Below are positions 17,620 to 27,542 of a stretch of DNA of 64,000 nucleotides, piece after piece. The notes below the pieces were generated by a model, which made no database searches, was not told where the DNA came from, and worked only from the letters and a program-made list of their open reading frames with translations. Source of the stretch: Spirochaetota bacterium (GTDB lineage: Bacteria; Spirochaetota; UBA4802; UBA5550). Made by a program: the position numbers and the translations under genes. The stretch is from the NCBI GenBank assembly GCA_024276015.1, contig JAJRXZ010000004.1, positions 20,216 through 84,215 of the forward strand. The letters run 5' to 3'. The first letter of the stretch is position 1. Each line of letters begins with the position of its first letter.

Positions 17620-19953
17620 GTGAAGGGCATAACCGAAGATTATATAACAATTAAAGGGGTTGATGACAAGGGCAAACGTATCAGTTCCAAAGATTATGAA
17701 GATATGGTGCAGGATGCCTTGAAGAGATCCAACAGGCTGATACTCTGGACCAAGGGGCAGCACAATGTTGGCGGACGTCTCAGGCATGAATCGGGCTCTG
17801 TTTTTATAAGAGTGAAAGGTCCTGTGGGCCAGCGGCTGGGATGTATGGGCCAGCCCGGCACAACAATTATCTGTGAAGGGCAGGCCTCCGACGATGTGGG
17901 ATATCTCAATATCGGAGCGGATATTGTTATTCTTGGAGATGCAACCAACGGAGTTTGTAATGCTACTGCCCAGGGCAGGGTGATGGTGCGCGGTTCAATC
18001 GGTTCCAGAGGCCTCACAATGACTAAGTGGAATCCCGATTATAAAAGGCCCGAACTATGGGTTCTCGGTTCCGTAGGGGATACCTTTGCAGAATTCAACT
18101 GCGGTGGAATTGCCGTTGTGTGCGGAATTAACCCGAAAAATCCGGATAATATTCTGGGATACCGCCCCTGCGTTGGAATGGTAGGCGGAACAATATTCTA
18201 CCGCGGAAAAACCGACAATACATACTCCGGAAATGATGTACGCCTTTCAGAACCGAATGACGAGCAGTGGCAGTGGCTTGTTTCACAGATGCCCCAATAT
18301 CTTGAAACCATTGAACGAAGCGATCTTTTAGAGGAGTTAACGGTTCGTGAAGAGTGGAAAGTTCTTGAAGCCATTCCCCCTCAGGAAAAATCACTGAGGC
18401 GCAGCGGGACCATGACCATTGAGGAGTTCAGGATAAAAGTATGGGAGAAGGCTTTCGGAGGCGACCCGCTTCGTGATCTTGCGCCGGGACTTGACCGTGA
18501 ACCTATCGGTTTAATTGAATCGGGCGATTTAAGGCGGAAAGTGCCCTTCTGGGCAAACAGGCAGTCTGCTGCGCCCTGTACATATTATTGTCCTGCGCAT
18601 ATACCCACTGTTGATCGTCTCAGACTTATCAGAGAGGGCAAGCTGGACCAAGCTTACCGGCTGACCCTGAATCATACTCCTTTCCCTGCATCGGTTTGCG
18701 GTTCCATCTGCCCCAATCTCTGTATGTCCAACTGTTCGAGACAGCGTGTTGACAAAAGCATTGATATTGCCCTTCTGGGGCGTTCTGTTCAGAATGCAGA
18801 GGCTCCTGAACTTAAGCCGCCCACCGGTAAAAAGGCGGCAATTGTGGGCGGAGGACCTGCAGGCTTAAGCGCTGCATGGCAGCTTGCTCTTGCAGGAGTT
18901 GAAGCTCATATCTTTGAGAAGGATAATAAGCTGGGCGGAAAAATGGCGCAGGTCATTCCCTGGGAAAGGCTGCCAAGGGCTGTCTGGGATGCAGAGCTTG
19001 AAAGATTATTGAAATTACCCGGTATTCATGTTAATTACGGCGTGAATATGACAAAGGATAAAATAGAAGAGTTAAAAAATAATTTTGATTATGTGATTGT
19101 CGCGGTTGGGGCGCATGAACCTCGCAGGATCCCCTTCCCCGGTTCGGAGAGGGTAATTGCAGGCCTTGATTTCCTGAAGTCTGCCAAATCTGACAATCCC
19201 ATGAAAGTTGGTAAAAAGGTAGTTGTTATAGGAGCCGGTAATGTGGGATGCGATGTTGCCTGTGAGGCATACCGCCTTGGAGCGGATGATGTAACATTGA
19301 TTGATATACAGAAACCTCTTTCCTTCGGCAAGGAGAGAGAAGCGGCAGAGAGGCTTGGAGCCAAATTCCGCTGGCCCGCTGTGACTAAAGAAGTAACGGA
19401 TGAAGGGGTACTCCTTGCCGACGGCGGTTTTATCCCGGCTGATACGGTGATAATTTCTATAGGAGATGTTCCGGCTCTCGATTTTCTGCCGGAGACTGTT
19501 GAAACAATAAAAGGATTGATTAAAACCGGCGAGGCGGGAAACACATCGGATAGTAAGATCCTTGCAATAGGCGATGTGGAAAAACCGGGGCTTGTAACCG
19601 ACGCTCTCGGCAGCGGTAAAAGAGCCGCCGAGTATGTTATAAGTTCATTAAACGGCAGAGAGTGGAAATCATTTAAGATCCCTGTAATTCAGCAGAGCGC
19701 TTTAACTGTTGAGCATTACTGCCCCGATAATAATACGCTGTCTGAGGACGGCGAGGCAGACAGGTGTCTCAGCTGCGGTTCATGCCGCGACTGCGGTTTG
19801 TGTGTTGACATCTGTCCCACTGCTGCAATAAGCAGGATCGACCTAAGTGACGGGCAGTATGAATATAGATCGGATGATGACAAATGTATCGCCTGCGGAT
19901 TCTGTTCGGATACATGCCCCTGCGGTATCTGGATCATGCAGGAGTTCGAATAG
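17620..19953 (+). CDS. fusion of the glutamate synthase GXGXG domain (GltB domain 3), a GltD-like NAD(P)H oxidoreductase and a C-terminal 2x[4Fe-4S] ferredoxin
   Basis: GTG start after GAGGAG. GXGXG beta-helix repeats (GQRLGCMGQPGTTIICEGQASDDVGYL...). GltD-type Cys cluster (VCGSICPNLCMSNCSR), dinucleotide fold AIVGGGPAGLSAA, and CLSCGSCRDCGLC / CIACGFCSDTCP. Confidence 0.85.
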   Translation: MKGITEDYITIKGVDDKGKRISSKDYEDMVQDALKRSNRLILWTKGQHNVGGRLRHESGSVFIRVKGPVGQRLGCMGQPGTTIICEGQASDDVGYLNIGADIVILGDATNGVCNATAQGRVMVRGSIGSRGLTMTKWNPDYKRPELWVLGSVGDTFAEFNCGGIAVVCGINPKNPDNILGYRPCVGMVGGTIFYRGKTDNTYSGNDVRLSEPNDEQWQWLVSQMPQYLETIERSDLLEELTVREEWKVLEAIPPQEKSLRRSGTMTIEEFRIKVWEKAFGGDPLRDLAPGLDREPIGLIESGDLRRKVPFWANRQSAAPCTYYCPAHIPTVDRLRLIREGKLDQAYRLTLNHTPFPASVCGSICPNLCMSNCSRQRVDKSIDIALLGRSVQNAEAPELKPPTGKKAAIVGGGPAGLSAAWQLALAGVEAHIFEKDNKLGGKMAQVIPWERLPRAVWDAELERLLKLPGIHVNYGVNMTKDKIEELKNNFDYVIVAVGAHEPRRIPFPGSERVIAGLDFLKSAKSDNPMKVGKKVVVIGAGNVGCDVACEAYRLGADDVTLIDIQKPLSFGKEREAAERLGAKFRWPAVTKEVTDEGVLLADGGFIPADTVIISIGDVPALDFLPETVETIKGLIKTGEAGNTSDSKILAIGDVEKPGLVTDALGSGKRAAEYVISSLNGREWKSFKIPVIQQSALTVEHYCPDNNTLSEDGEADRCLSCGSCRDCGLCVDICPTAAISRIDLSDGQYEYRSDDDKCIACGFCSDTCPCGIWIMQEFE

Positions 19954-19980
19954 TCCCGTATTGTCTGAATAAAAAGAATT

Positions 19981-21612
19981 TTATTTATATCTGCCGAATC
20001 GGGAAGTAATGGGATAGCGTCTGTCACGGCCGAAGGCTCTTTCTGTTATCCTTACGCCGGGCGGAGCCTGCCGGCGTTTGTATTCGTTGCGGTCAACCAT
20101 CTTTGCAATATCTTTAACAACATTTTCACTGTAACCTGCATTAACTATCTCTTTTATACACTTATCCTGCTCAATATACATCTCAAGAATCGGGTCCAGA
20201 ATATCGTAGGGGGGCAGGCTGTCTTCGTCCTTCTGATTCGGCGCAAGTTCTGCCGAAGGGGGTCGGCTGATTATTCTTCCGGGGATCACCCTTGAAATCG
20301 AATTTCTATAACGGGAAAGTTTATAAACAAGGGTTTTGGATACATCCTTCAATACGCAGAAGCCTCCGGCCATGTCTCCGTACAATGTTGCATAGCCCAC
20401 AGCCATTTCGCTCTTATTGCCGGTTGTTAAAACTATTTTACCCTTTTTATTGGATATGGCCATAAGAATTACTCCTCTGCACCTGGCCTGAATATTTTCT
20501 TCGGTTGTATCCTCGTCATATTCCTTGAATTGGTCTTTTAATGTTTCAAGAAAACTCTTGAAGGCAGATTCGATAGGAATAACGGAAAAATCGACTCCGA
20601 GTTTCTGAGACATTATTTTTGCGTCTTCGATGCTCATATCTGCCGTGTACCTTGACGGCATTGATACGGCTTCGACATTTTTACTGCCTATAGCATCAGC
20701 GGCAATTGCCAGAGTTAAAGCGGAATCTATGCCGCCGGAAAGTCCGATAACAGCGCCGCTGAATCTGTTTTTATTGATGTAATCTCGAACTCCGAGAACC
20801 AGCGCATTGTAGATGTTTTTGATCAGAGGAGCTTTTTTTTCGCAATGGCCTTTAAGAGGTTCAATCCCGTGTTTGGTTCTGTGAAAATCCACCGCTATCA
20901 AGTCTTCTTTGAATGAGTGCCCGCGGTGAGTGATCTCTCCTTTGCTGTTTAATGCGAAGGAAGCGCCGTCAAAAACCAGCTCATCCTGTCCGCCTATCAT
21001 ATTAACATACAGAACAGGAGTTTTGCATTCATTTACTCTTCTTTTCAGCATTTCTTCCCGTTCTGTATTTTTCGCTGTATGATAGGGCGAAGCATTTATA
21101 TTGATAATTATTTTTGCGCCGGCGCTGCATGCCTTCCGTATGGGCTCGGGATACCAGGCATCTTCGCATATTGTTAATCCCACCGGAATATTGTTGATAT
21201 TGATCACAGCCGGTTCTGCGGATGAGATAAAATATCTCTTTTCATCAAAGACACTGTAATTTGGAAGTTTATGCTTTCTATATATTGAAACTATTTCTCC
21301 TCGGCTTATAACAGCAGCGCTGTTAAATGTTCCCTGCGCTGTTTTTTCCGGAAAACCGGCAATTACTGTTATTTTATCCGTATAAGCTTTTATCTTATTG
21401 ATAGCCGATTCGACTCTCATATAGAGTTCGGGTCTCAGCAGGAGATCTTCGGGAGGATATCCCGTAAGAGCAAGTTCAGGAAAGATAACAAGATGAGCGG
21501 ATAATTCATTGCGGCATTTTTCAGTGACTGCAATTATTCTTTCTGCATTCTCCTCGATTGCGCCAACCATAAAGTTTATCTGAGCCATTGCTGTACGAAG
21601 TTGGGAAACCAA
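19981..21612 (-). CDS. nadE: glutamine-dependent NAD+ synthetase
   Basis: N-terminal CN-hydrolase domain (FPELALTGYPPEDL) plus the NAD synthetase SGGIDS P-loop (GLSGGIDSALT). TTG at 21612, or ATG at 21588. Confidence 0.92.
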   Translation of the reverse strand: MVSQLRTAMAQINFMVGAIEENAERIIAVTEKCRNELSAHLVIFPELALTGYPPEDLLLRPELYMRVESAINKIKAYTDKITVIAGFPEKTAQGTFNSAAVISRGEIVSIYRKHKLPNYSVFDEKRYFISSAEPAVININNIPVGLTICEDAWYPEPIRKACSAGAKIIININASPYHTAKNTEREEMLKRRVNECKTPVLYVNMIGGQDELVFDGASFALNSKGEITHRGHSFKEDLIAVDFHRTKHGIEPLKGHCEKKAPLIKNIYNALVLGVRDYINKNRFSGAVIGLSGGIDSALTLAIAADAIGSKNVEAVSMPSRYTADMSIEDAKIMSQKLGVDFSVIPIESAFKSFLETLKDQFKEYDEDTTEENIQARCRGVILMAISNKKGKIVLTTGNKSEMAVGYATLYGDMAGGFCVLKDVSKTLVYKLSRYRNSISRVIPGRIISRPPSAELAPNQKDEDSLPPYDILDPILEMYIEQDKCIKEIVNAGYSENVVKDIAKMVDRNEYKRRQAPPGVRITERAFGRDRRYPITSRFGRYK

Positions 21613-21620
21613 AGTTATTT

Positions 21621-22349
21621 TTACTCCTGAAATTGTTTTTTTAATATTTTTATTTCATTTTCTTTTAGAAGCCTGAAAGAGCCTCTTTTTATTCCTCTGA
21701 CGCTTAATGAAGCATAGCCTATTCTCTTCAGGTATTTTATTTTGTATCCGAGCTTTATGAATGTATATCTGATTTGTCTTTTCTTTCCTTCCCGAAGCGT
21801 TATTAATATTTTTGTTCCGGGATCATTTATTATCTCAATTCCGGCTTTTCCCGTTCTTGACCCGATTTGAGGGAGGAAAATTCCTTTGGTAATTTTTTTA
21901 AGATCCCCTTCTTCAAGAGGCCTGTTAATTTCAACAAGATATTTTTTATCTATTGAGTATCTGGGGTGGCTTAATCTATTTGCCAGTGTTCCGTCATTTG
22001 TAAGGAGCAGCAGACCTTCAGTATCCATGTCCAGTCTTCCCACAGGAAAGATCCCTTCTTTTCTGAATTTTTCCGGTATTAGATCCATTACAGTGGGTCT
22101 GCCCAGTTCATCGCTGAGAGTTGTTATGTATCCTTTCGGTTTATTCAATATAATGTAGTGAAAATTTACTGCAGGTTTTATTCTTTTATTATTATACTCT
22201 ACCAGATCAATTTCAGGATCAATAAAGAGAGCAAGTTTTTTTGAGGTTTTGTTGTTAATTTTTATCTTTCCGGAAAGAATATACTCTTCAACTTTTCTTC
22301 TTGAACCCAGCCCGCAGGACGCTAAATATTTATTTAGCCTGACTTTCAT
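21621..22349 (-). CDS. pseudouridine synthase, RsuA/RluB family
   Basis: S4 domain (RLNKYLASCGLGSRRKVEEYI) and the catalytic motif GRLDMDTEGLLLLTNDG. Confidence 0.9.
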   Translation of the reverse strand: MKVRLNKYLASCGLGSRRKVEEYILSGKIKINNKTSKKLALFIDPEIDLVEYNNKRIKPAVNFHYIILNKPKGYITTLSDELGRPTVMDLIPEKFRKEGIFPVGRLDMDTEGLLLLTNDGTLANRLSHPRYSIDKKYLVEINRPLEEGDLKKITKGIFLPQIGSRTGKAGIEIINDPGTKILITLREGKKRQIRYTFIKLGYKIKYLKRIGYASLSVRGIKRGSFRLLKENEIKILKKQFQE

Positions 22350-23056
22350 TTTTTGTTTTTATCAATAGTGTTTTGAATTGAGATTTTTTTAAAAACAAGT
22401 TCGCCCGCTTTAAGTTCTTTTTTCAGGACATAAGAGGAACCTCTTTTTATAAATTTAAGCTTTTCGCCGAAAGTTGTGCCGTCCTCAAAGAGAAGCATAT
22501 TGTTATGGAAATCGATGCGGTAGTGCCCTTCATATATTTTGGGGTTTTGCGATTTTATGTATGATTTATACAGACCTTTGCTGTTGAATTCAATACCGTG
22601 TCTGGTAAAATCTCCGAATCTGTTAATACTCCACCATTTTCCGGAAAGCTCTTTCATCATATTTTCTGTTTCGCCTTTAAAAAAATCGGTAACGAATTTT
22701 TTGATTTTCACTGAATTATCCGTTGTTAAGATCTTTATATTGGTACCGAATATCCATCCGGTAATCCCGTTTTTAATTTTAATCTTATACCAATAGTCCC
22801 TGGATTTACCTATCCAGCTTTTTTCAGCGGATCTGTCTATGATCTCAACGGTTTCCCCTTTTTTAAGAAGTGTTATTCTTGCAGAAAAAAAGAAAGGGTC
22901 AATTCTTACAGAAGAATTCCTGATCAATACAATTCCCATTGTCTTTTTTTGCGCGGATATTTTTGCTTCTCCGGCCAGATGATTTTTAAGGCCTCCCTGT
23001 AATAGTATACATATAAACGAAAGTATTAAAAAGAATTTGCGCTTTCCGGTTGTCAT
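22346..23056 (-). CDS. secreted protein with a bacterial SH3-like domain
   Basis: Signal peptide. WYKIKIKNGITGWIFGTNI is SH3b-like. 4-nt overlap with the downstream gene. Confidence 0.5.
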   Translation of the reverse strand: MTTGKRKFFLILSFICILLQGGLKNHLAGEAKISAQKKTMGIVLIRNSSVRIDPFFFSARITLLKKGETVEIIDRSAEKSWIGKSRDYWYKIKIKNGITGWIFGTNIKILTTDNSVKIKKFVTDFFKGETENMMKELSGKWWSINRFGDFTRHGIEFNSKGLYKSYIKSQNPKIYEGHYRIDFHNNMLLFEDGTTFGEKLKFIKRGSSYVLKKELKAGELVFKKISIQNTIDKNKK

Positions 23057-23466
23057 TTATCCTTTCCCTGATTTCCTGTTTTATTATAAATGGTCAGATT
23101 TTCTTCCGTGTCCCTGTTGTGATGTATAAATGTTTGTCTTTCATTTTCAGAATAGCTTACCTGAACTGTGTTATAATTAAATGAAAAATTAAGATCAAAA
23201 TTGCCGCAGTTTATTCTGCCCGAACTTAACATTCCGAAACATTTATAAGACCATTCGGTAGTATTATAGTTCTCAAGCGGTACGCCTTCAAATTTCAGCT
23301 CATACATGTTAGTATCAATTTTTTTTATTGTTAATGTATAGTATTTCAGCAAGTTCCGGTAATGAACATAAATTCCGGAGACATCAACAGTTTTATTTGA
23401 GCATAAGATATGGTTTAATAAAAGAGGCAGCAATGATATAAATATATTTCTTTTGGTAAATTTCAT
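23053..23466 (-). CDS. hypothetical secreted protein (137 aa)
   Basis: N-terminal signal-like FISLLPLLLNHILC. Overlaps the next gene by 4 nt. No domain recognised. Confidence 0.45.
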   Translation of the reverse strand: MKFTKRNIFISLLPLLLNHILCSNKTVDVSGIYVHYRNLLKYYTLTIKKIDTNMYELKFEGVPLENYNTTEWSYKCFGMLSSGRINCGNFDLNFSFNYNTVQVSYSENERQTFIHHNRDTEENLTIYNKTGNQGKDK

Positions 23467-23710
23467 TCTGAATTTCCTTTTATATTGGTTATGGAAATAT
23501 TAAATTATATTTAGTCAACATAATTACAATTTTTCAACCTTTTTATTTATCCGAATTTTTTATTGGATTTTTTATTATTGTATGTATACAATGAGCGGAT
23601 AGATATATAAAATGTTTTAAAATTTTGTGTTTTTGAAAATCTTTATTGAAGTAAGCAGACATCTGTTTTAATTTGATATTAAAATGTTTTTCTGCCGGAG
23701 GATAAAAGCA

Positions 23711-24775
23711 ATGAAAGAAAAAGTCTTCTTTATAAAAACCGATGAAAAGGAAAGTGATGATCTAAGGTGTAAGAAATTAAAGGAATTTCTGGTTTCTCAG
23801 AAGATATTAAACTTTATAGATGAAAACGATATGGTTGCAGTTAAAAGTCATTTCGGGGAGAAGAGCATATCCGGATATGTGCGCCCTCTGTTTTTAAAAA
23901 TGATCGGGGAACTTGTAAAAGAGCAAAAAGGGATGCCTTTTCTTACTGAAACATCAACACTGTATAAAGGGAACAGAAGTAACGCAGTGGTCCACATAGA
24001 ACATGCAAACAAACAGGGATTCGGTTTTAATGAAACGGGTATGCCCATTATACTTGCGGACGGGCTTTACGGCGATGAAGAATATGAAATTAAAATCCCG
24101 GGCAAATTATACAGTGCTGTTAATATTGCTTCTCTTATCGGCAAGGTGCAGGCAATGATAATGATATCTCATTTTACCGGGCATATGATTGCCGGATTCG
24201 GAGCCGCTTTAAAAAATATGGGAATGGGCTGCTCGAGCAGAAAAGGAAAACTGATTCAGCATTCAACAGCCAAGCCGAAAATCAAGCCCGGTGATTGCAC
24301 CAAATGTGAAATGTGTATTAAGTGGTGCCCTGCCGATGCAATAACCATGAATGAAGACAGTGCTTTTATCGATAAGGATAAATGTATAGGCTGCGGCGAA
24401 TGCCTTGCGGTTTGCAGATTTTATGCGGTAGCTTTTAACTGGAAAGCTACTTATGAAGATTTACAGAAAAAAATTGTTGAACATGCCTGGGGCGTTCATA
24501 AGGCAAATGAAGGTAAAAATATATATATAAACTTTTTAACCAGAATTTCGAAGGATTGCGATTGTATGGATAAGTATGAAAAGATATGTCCCGATATCGG
24601 CATAGTTGTTTCAAATGACGCGGTTGCTGCCGATTCTGCTTCGCTTGATTTAGTAGAAAAAACTTCGGGGAAAAAATTCTCTGAAATGGGGCACAATATT
24701 CCTTACAGATTTCAGATCGATTATGCCGCGGAACTGGGATTCGGGAATCCTGAATATGATCTCATCCCGGTATAG
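23711..24775 (+). CDS. DUF362 / COG2768-type Fe-S protein with a 2x[4Fe-4S] ferredoxin insert
   Basis: I chose the ATG at 23711 because it follows GGAGGA. VAVKSHFGE and CTKCEMCIKWCP / CIGCGECLAVC motifs. Confidence 0.7.
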   Translation: MKEKVFFIKTDEKESDDLRCKKLKEFLVSQKILNFIDENDMVAVKSHFGEKSISGYVRPLFLKMIGELVKEQKGMPFLTETSTLYKGNRSNAVVHIEHANKQGFGFNETGMPIILADGLYGDEEYEIKIPGKLYSAVNIASLIGKVQAMIMISHFTGHMIAGFGAALKNMGMGCSSRKGKLIQHSTAKPKIKPGDCTKCEMCIKWCPADAITMNEDSAFIDKDKCIGCGECLAVCRFYAVAFNWKATYEDLQKKIVEHAWGVHKANEGKNIYINFLTRISKDCDCMDKYEKICPDIGIVVSNDAVAADSASLDLVEKTSGKKFSEMGHNIPYRFQIDYAAELGFGNPEYDLIPV

Positions 24776-24793
24776 CATTCAGACAGGGAATAG

Positions 24794-25807
24794 TTAATCC
24801 CAGATCTCTATTGCTCCGTAATTTTCTGTTACAGGTTTGATCAGGCTGTCCTCAATTAGAGATTCATAGGAGAAGATACGGTTGCGTCCCTTCGTCTTTG
24901 CATAGTATAATGCTCTGTCTGCTTTATCCACAAGAATAAGAGGATTGTCCGCCGGATTAATTGAAACATAACCTGCGCTGATAGTTACTCTTTTGACGCG
25001 TGGGAATTTGTATGATTCAACTTTACTTCTGAACCTTTCCATAATTTGACGAGTCTGTTCGATGTCATTATTTAAAATGAGCAAAAATTCTTCTCCGCCG
25101 TATCTGAAGATCAGGTCGTTCTGCCTGAATGATGATTTTAATAGTCTGGAAAATAGGACAAGGATTTCATCTCCCATGAGGTGTCCGTAATTATCATTGA
25201 TCGTCTTAAAGTGATCGATATCGATCAGGATGAGAGTTCTCTGTTCGGAAGAGAAGTTCAGATCCGATGGTGATGAGAATATTATATTGATTGTCCTGTT
25301 ATATGCATCCCTGTTAAAAAGCCCTGTAAGAAAATCTTTATTCTTGCTATTGATCAAAAAGAGCTGGTTATTAAAAATTTTAACAATTTTTCTCAGAAAT
25401 TCTTCATCTTCTCTGTTAGTTGAACCGGCTTCAAAGGATACTATATAAGTTATTTGCCCTCCTTCGAAGATAGGGTGGATGATCGTCTTTCGGTTGTTAT
25501 CAGAGCAGATTCTTTTTACAATTTTTTTTGTTTTTATACATTTAATAAATTCATTTCTGTTATTTAATATGATCGGTTTTTTTTCTCTGTTCAGAGAATT
25601 TATCCCGTAATAAATATTCTCAGTATTTTTGTTATTATCTCTTGATTTGTATATTTCGTAAATTGTTAACCTGGAATTACTGAATTCGGATTGTATAATT
25701 GATTGAAATTCTGAAATCAGGTCTGATGCATTATCGATTTCCGTAACTTTGATAAGTAAATCCAGTATGTCATTATTTTTAGAGTTCATATTAATTTGCA
25801 GCAGCAT
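24794..25807 (-). CDS. diguanylate cyclase (GGDEF) with an uncharacterised N-terminal sensor region
   Basis: DIDHFKTINDNYGHLMGD and the active-site RYGGEEFLLIL. Confidence 0.9.
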   Translation of the reverse strand: MLLQINMNSKNNDILDLLIKVTEIDNASDLISEFQSIIQSEFSNSRLTIYEIYKSRDNNKNTENIYYGINSLNREKKPIILNNRNEFIKCIKTKKIVKRICSDNNRKTIIHPIFEGGQITYIVSFEAGSTNREDEEFLRKIVKIFNNQLFLINSKNKDFLTGLFNRDAYNRTINIIFSSPSDLNFSSEQRTLILIDIDHFKTINDNYGHLMGDEILVLFSRLLKSSFRQNDLIFRYGGEEFLLILNNDIEQTRQIMERFRSKVESYKFPRVKRVTISAGYVSINPADNPLILVDKADRALYYAKTKGRNRIFSYESLIEDSLIKPVTENYGAIEIWD

Positions 25808-25837
25808 GAGCGTAATTTGCTTTAACTGCTTGATCGA

Positions 25838-26362
25838 TTATGTCTGCAATAAATCCATATTATTTAATTTTTTTCTGACTTCATTTTTTATATACTCGAG
25901 ATCTTTTTTATCAGGGCGGTTGAGCGCTTTATAAAAATTCTCTATATATGCTTTTGTCCCGGCATTTGAAGGATCTTCTTCAAGCATTTTATTATATTTA
26001 TTCAGAGCCTCTTCGTATATTTTACCCTGACAAAGGAGATGGAAAATGAGCCGATTCTTCTTTTCTATGGGCTGTTCCACTCTTTTTTTAACGATCAGCG
26101 CGTGATCAGATGTCGGGTTTGCGCCGAGAGTCCCGAAAAGCCCTATTGTTTTTGCGGAAATTTTGTTTATATAGCCTCTTGTCTTTATGTCGGCGTTTCC
26201 TTTGTCGACCCAGTAGCCCATTAATATGAGATCATAATTATCAGGGTCAGGAGCTTTTTCAATGGAATAGATCTCTGTGCCTCGGGGCAATACTTCTTTT
26301 ATAGCCATTGCGACTTTCTTTGTATTGCCGGTGTTGCTTGAATATATTATTACGGTTCTCAT
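25838..26362 (-). CDS. flavodoxin family protein
   Basis: FMN-phosphate loop IIYSSNTGNTKKVA at the N-terminus. Confidence 0.75.
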   Translation of the reverse strand: MRTVIIYSSNTGNTKKVAMAIKEVLPRGTEIYSIEKAPDPDNYDLILMGYWVDKGNADIKTRGYINKISAKTIGLFGTLGANPTSDHALIVKKRVEQPIEKKNRLIFHLLCQGKIYEEALNKYNKMLEEDPSNAGTKAYIENFYKALNRPDKKDLEYIKNEVRKKLNNMDLLQT

Positions 26363-26447
26363 GATCAGCCATATTAAAAATTAGGGTCTCATAAATCAAT
26401 TATTATATTTAGTAATGATTCCACTTCTGGAGTGATTATTAAGCCGG

Positions 26448-27533
26448 TTAAGGCGTCCTTGTAAAGATTTTCTTTATACAATGGATCAACATGCGGTTGC
26501 TCTTCCTGTCCTTTACTGCGAGCCGGATAAATGAATCGTCAAGATATGCGAAATTTGACGCATCCCTGATCAGAATATTTTGTTTCAGCAATTTCTCTTT
26601 CAGTTCGTACGATTTTGTTCCGCATAATATTTTCACAAGAATAAAATTTGTTTCCGAATCGTATGTTTTGAGCTGTTCTATTTTTTTCAGGCTGCCGATC
26701 AAGAATTGTTTCTCTTTTTTTATCAGTGCAAGCGAATTTTCAGCATATACGCTGTTGTTAAGGAGGATTTTTGAGGATAAGTCGGCAAGAATGTTTACTG
26801 TCCATGGCTCTTTTATCGATTTTATCTTCCTGATAAATTCTCTGTTAAAGTTTATGCAGTAACCCAGCCTCAGTCCCGGTATTGCAAAAAATTTTGTAAA
26901 GGATCTGATTATAAAAAGGTTATGATAGGCAGGTGCAAGTTTCATTGAAGACCTTTCTCTCCAGCCTTCAATGAATTCGATAAATGATTCATCAATAATA
27001 AAAAGGGTATTTTTATTTTGGGCACAGAATAAGAGTTCCTGAACTATATTTATATTTGTAAAGGTTCCTGTTGGATTATTGGGGCTGCAGATGTAAATTA
27101 AATCGTAGTTTTTAGATATTTCTTTTAGAATTTTTTTAAGGTTTATTTTGAAATCTTCTTCGTTTAATTTGAAATAATTTATTTCTGTGCCGGTATGTTT
27201 TAGTGAGAGAGCGTATTCTGAAAAGCACGGCGCAATGATCAGCGCCCTTTGCGGCTTAAATACCCTTGGAAGAAGGTATATAAGTTCTGCAGCTCCGTTT
27301 CCGGGAACAATAGTTTCGGGATCAATATTATTATAGCGGGCAATATTTTGAGTCAAATCCGCATAATCGGGATCAGGGTAGTTTTTGATTTTATCGATGT
27401 TTTTTATTAGCGTCTGTTTTAGTTCCGGAGGCAGACCCAGAGGATTAATATTTGAGCTGAAGTCGAGTATATCTTCTTTTTTTATGTTATAATCTCTTTC
27501 GATTCTATAAATGTTGCCGCCGTGGGTATCCAT
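26448..27533 (-). CDS. cobD: threonine-phosphate decarboxylase (CobD, aminotransferase class I/II fold)
   Basis: N-terminus HGGNIY...ILDFSSNINPLG, and position at the end of the cob operon. Confidence 0.8.
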   Translation of the reverse strand: MDTHGGNIYRIERDYNIKKEDILDFSSNINPLGLPPELKQTLIKNIDKIKNYPDPDYADLTQNIARYNNIDPETIVPGNGAAELIYLLPRVFKPQRALIIAPCFSEYALSLKHTGTEINYFKLNEEDFKINLKKILKEISKNYDLIYICSPNNPTGTFTNINIVQELLFCAQNKNTLFIIDESFIEFIEGWRERSSMKLAPAYHNLFIIRSFTKFFAIPGLRLGYCINFNREFIRKIKSIKEPWTVNILADLSSKILLNNSVYAENSLALIKKEKQFLIGSLKKIEQLKTYDSETNFILVKILCGTKSYELKEKLLKQNILIRDASNFAYLDDSFIRLAVKDRKSNRMLIHCIKKIFTRTP

Positions 27534-27542
27534 CTTTTTTAT

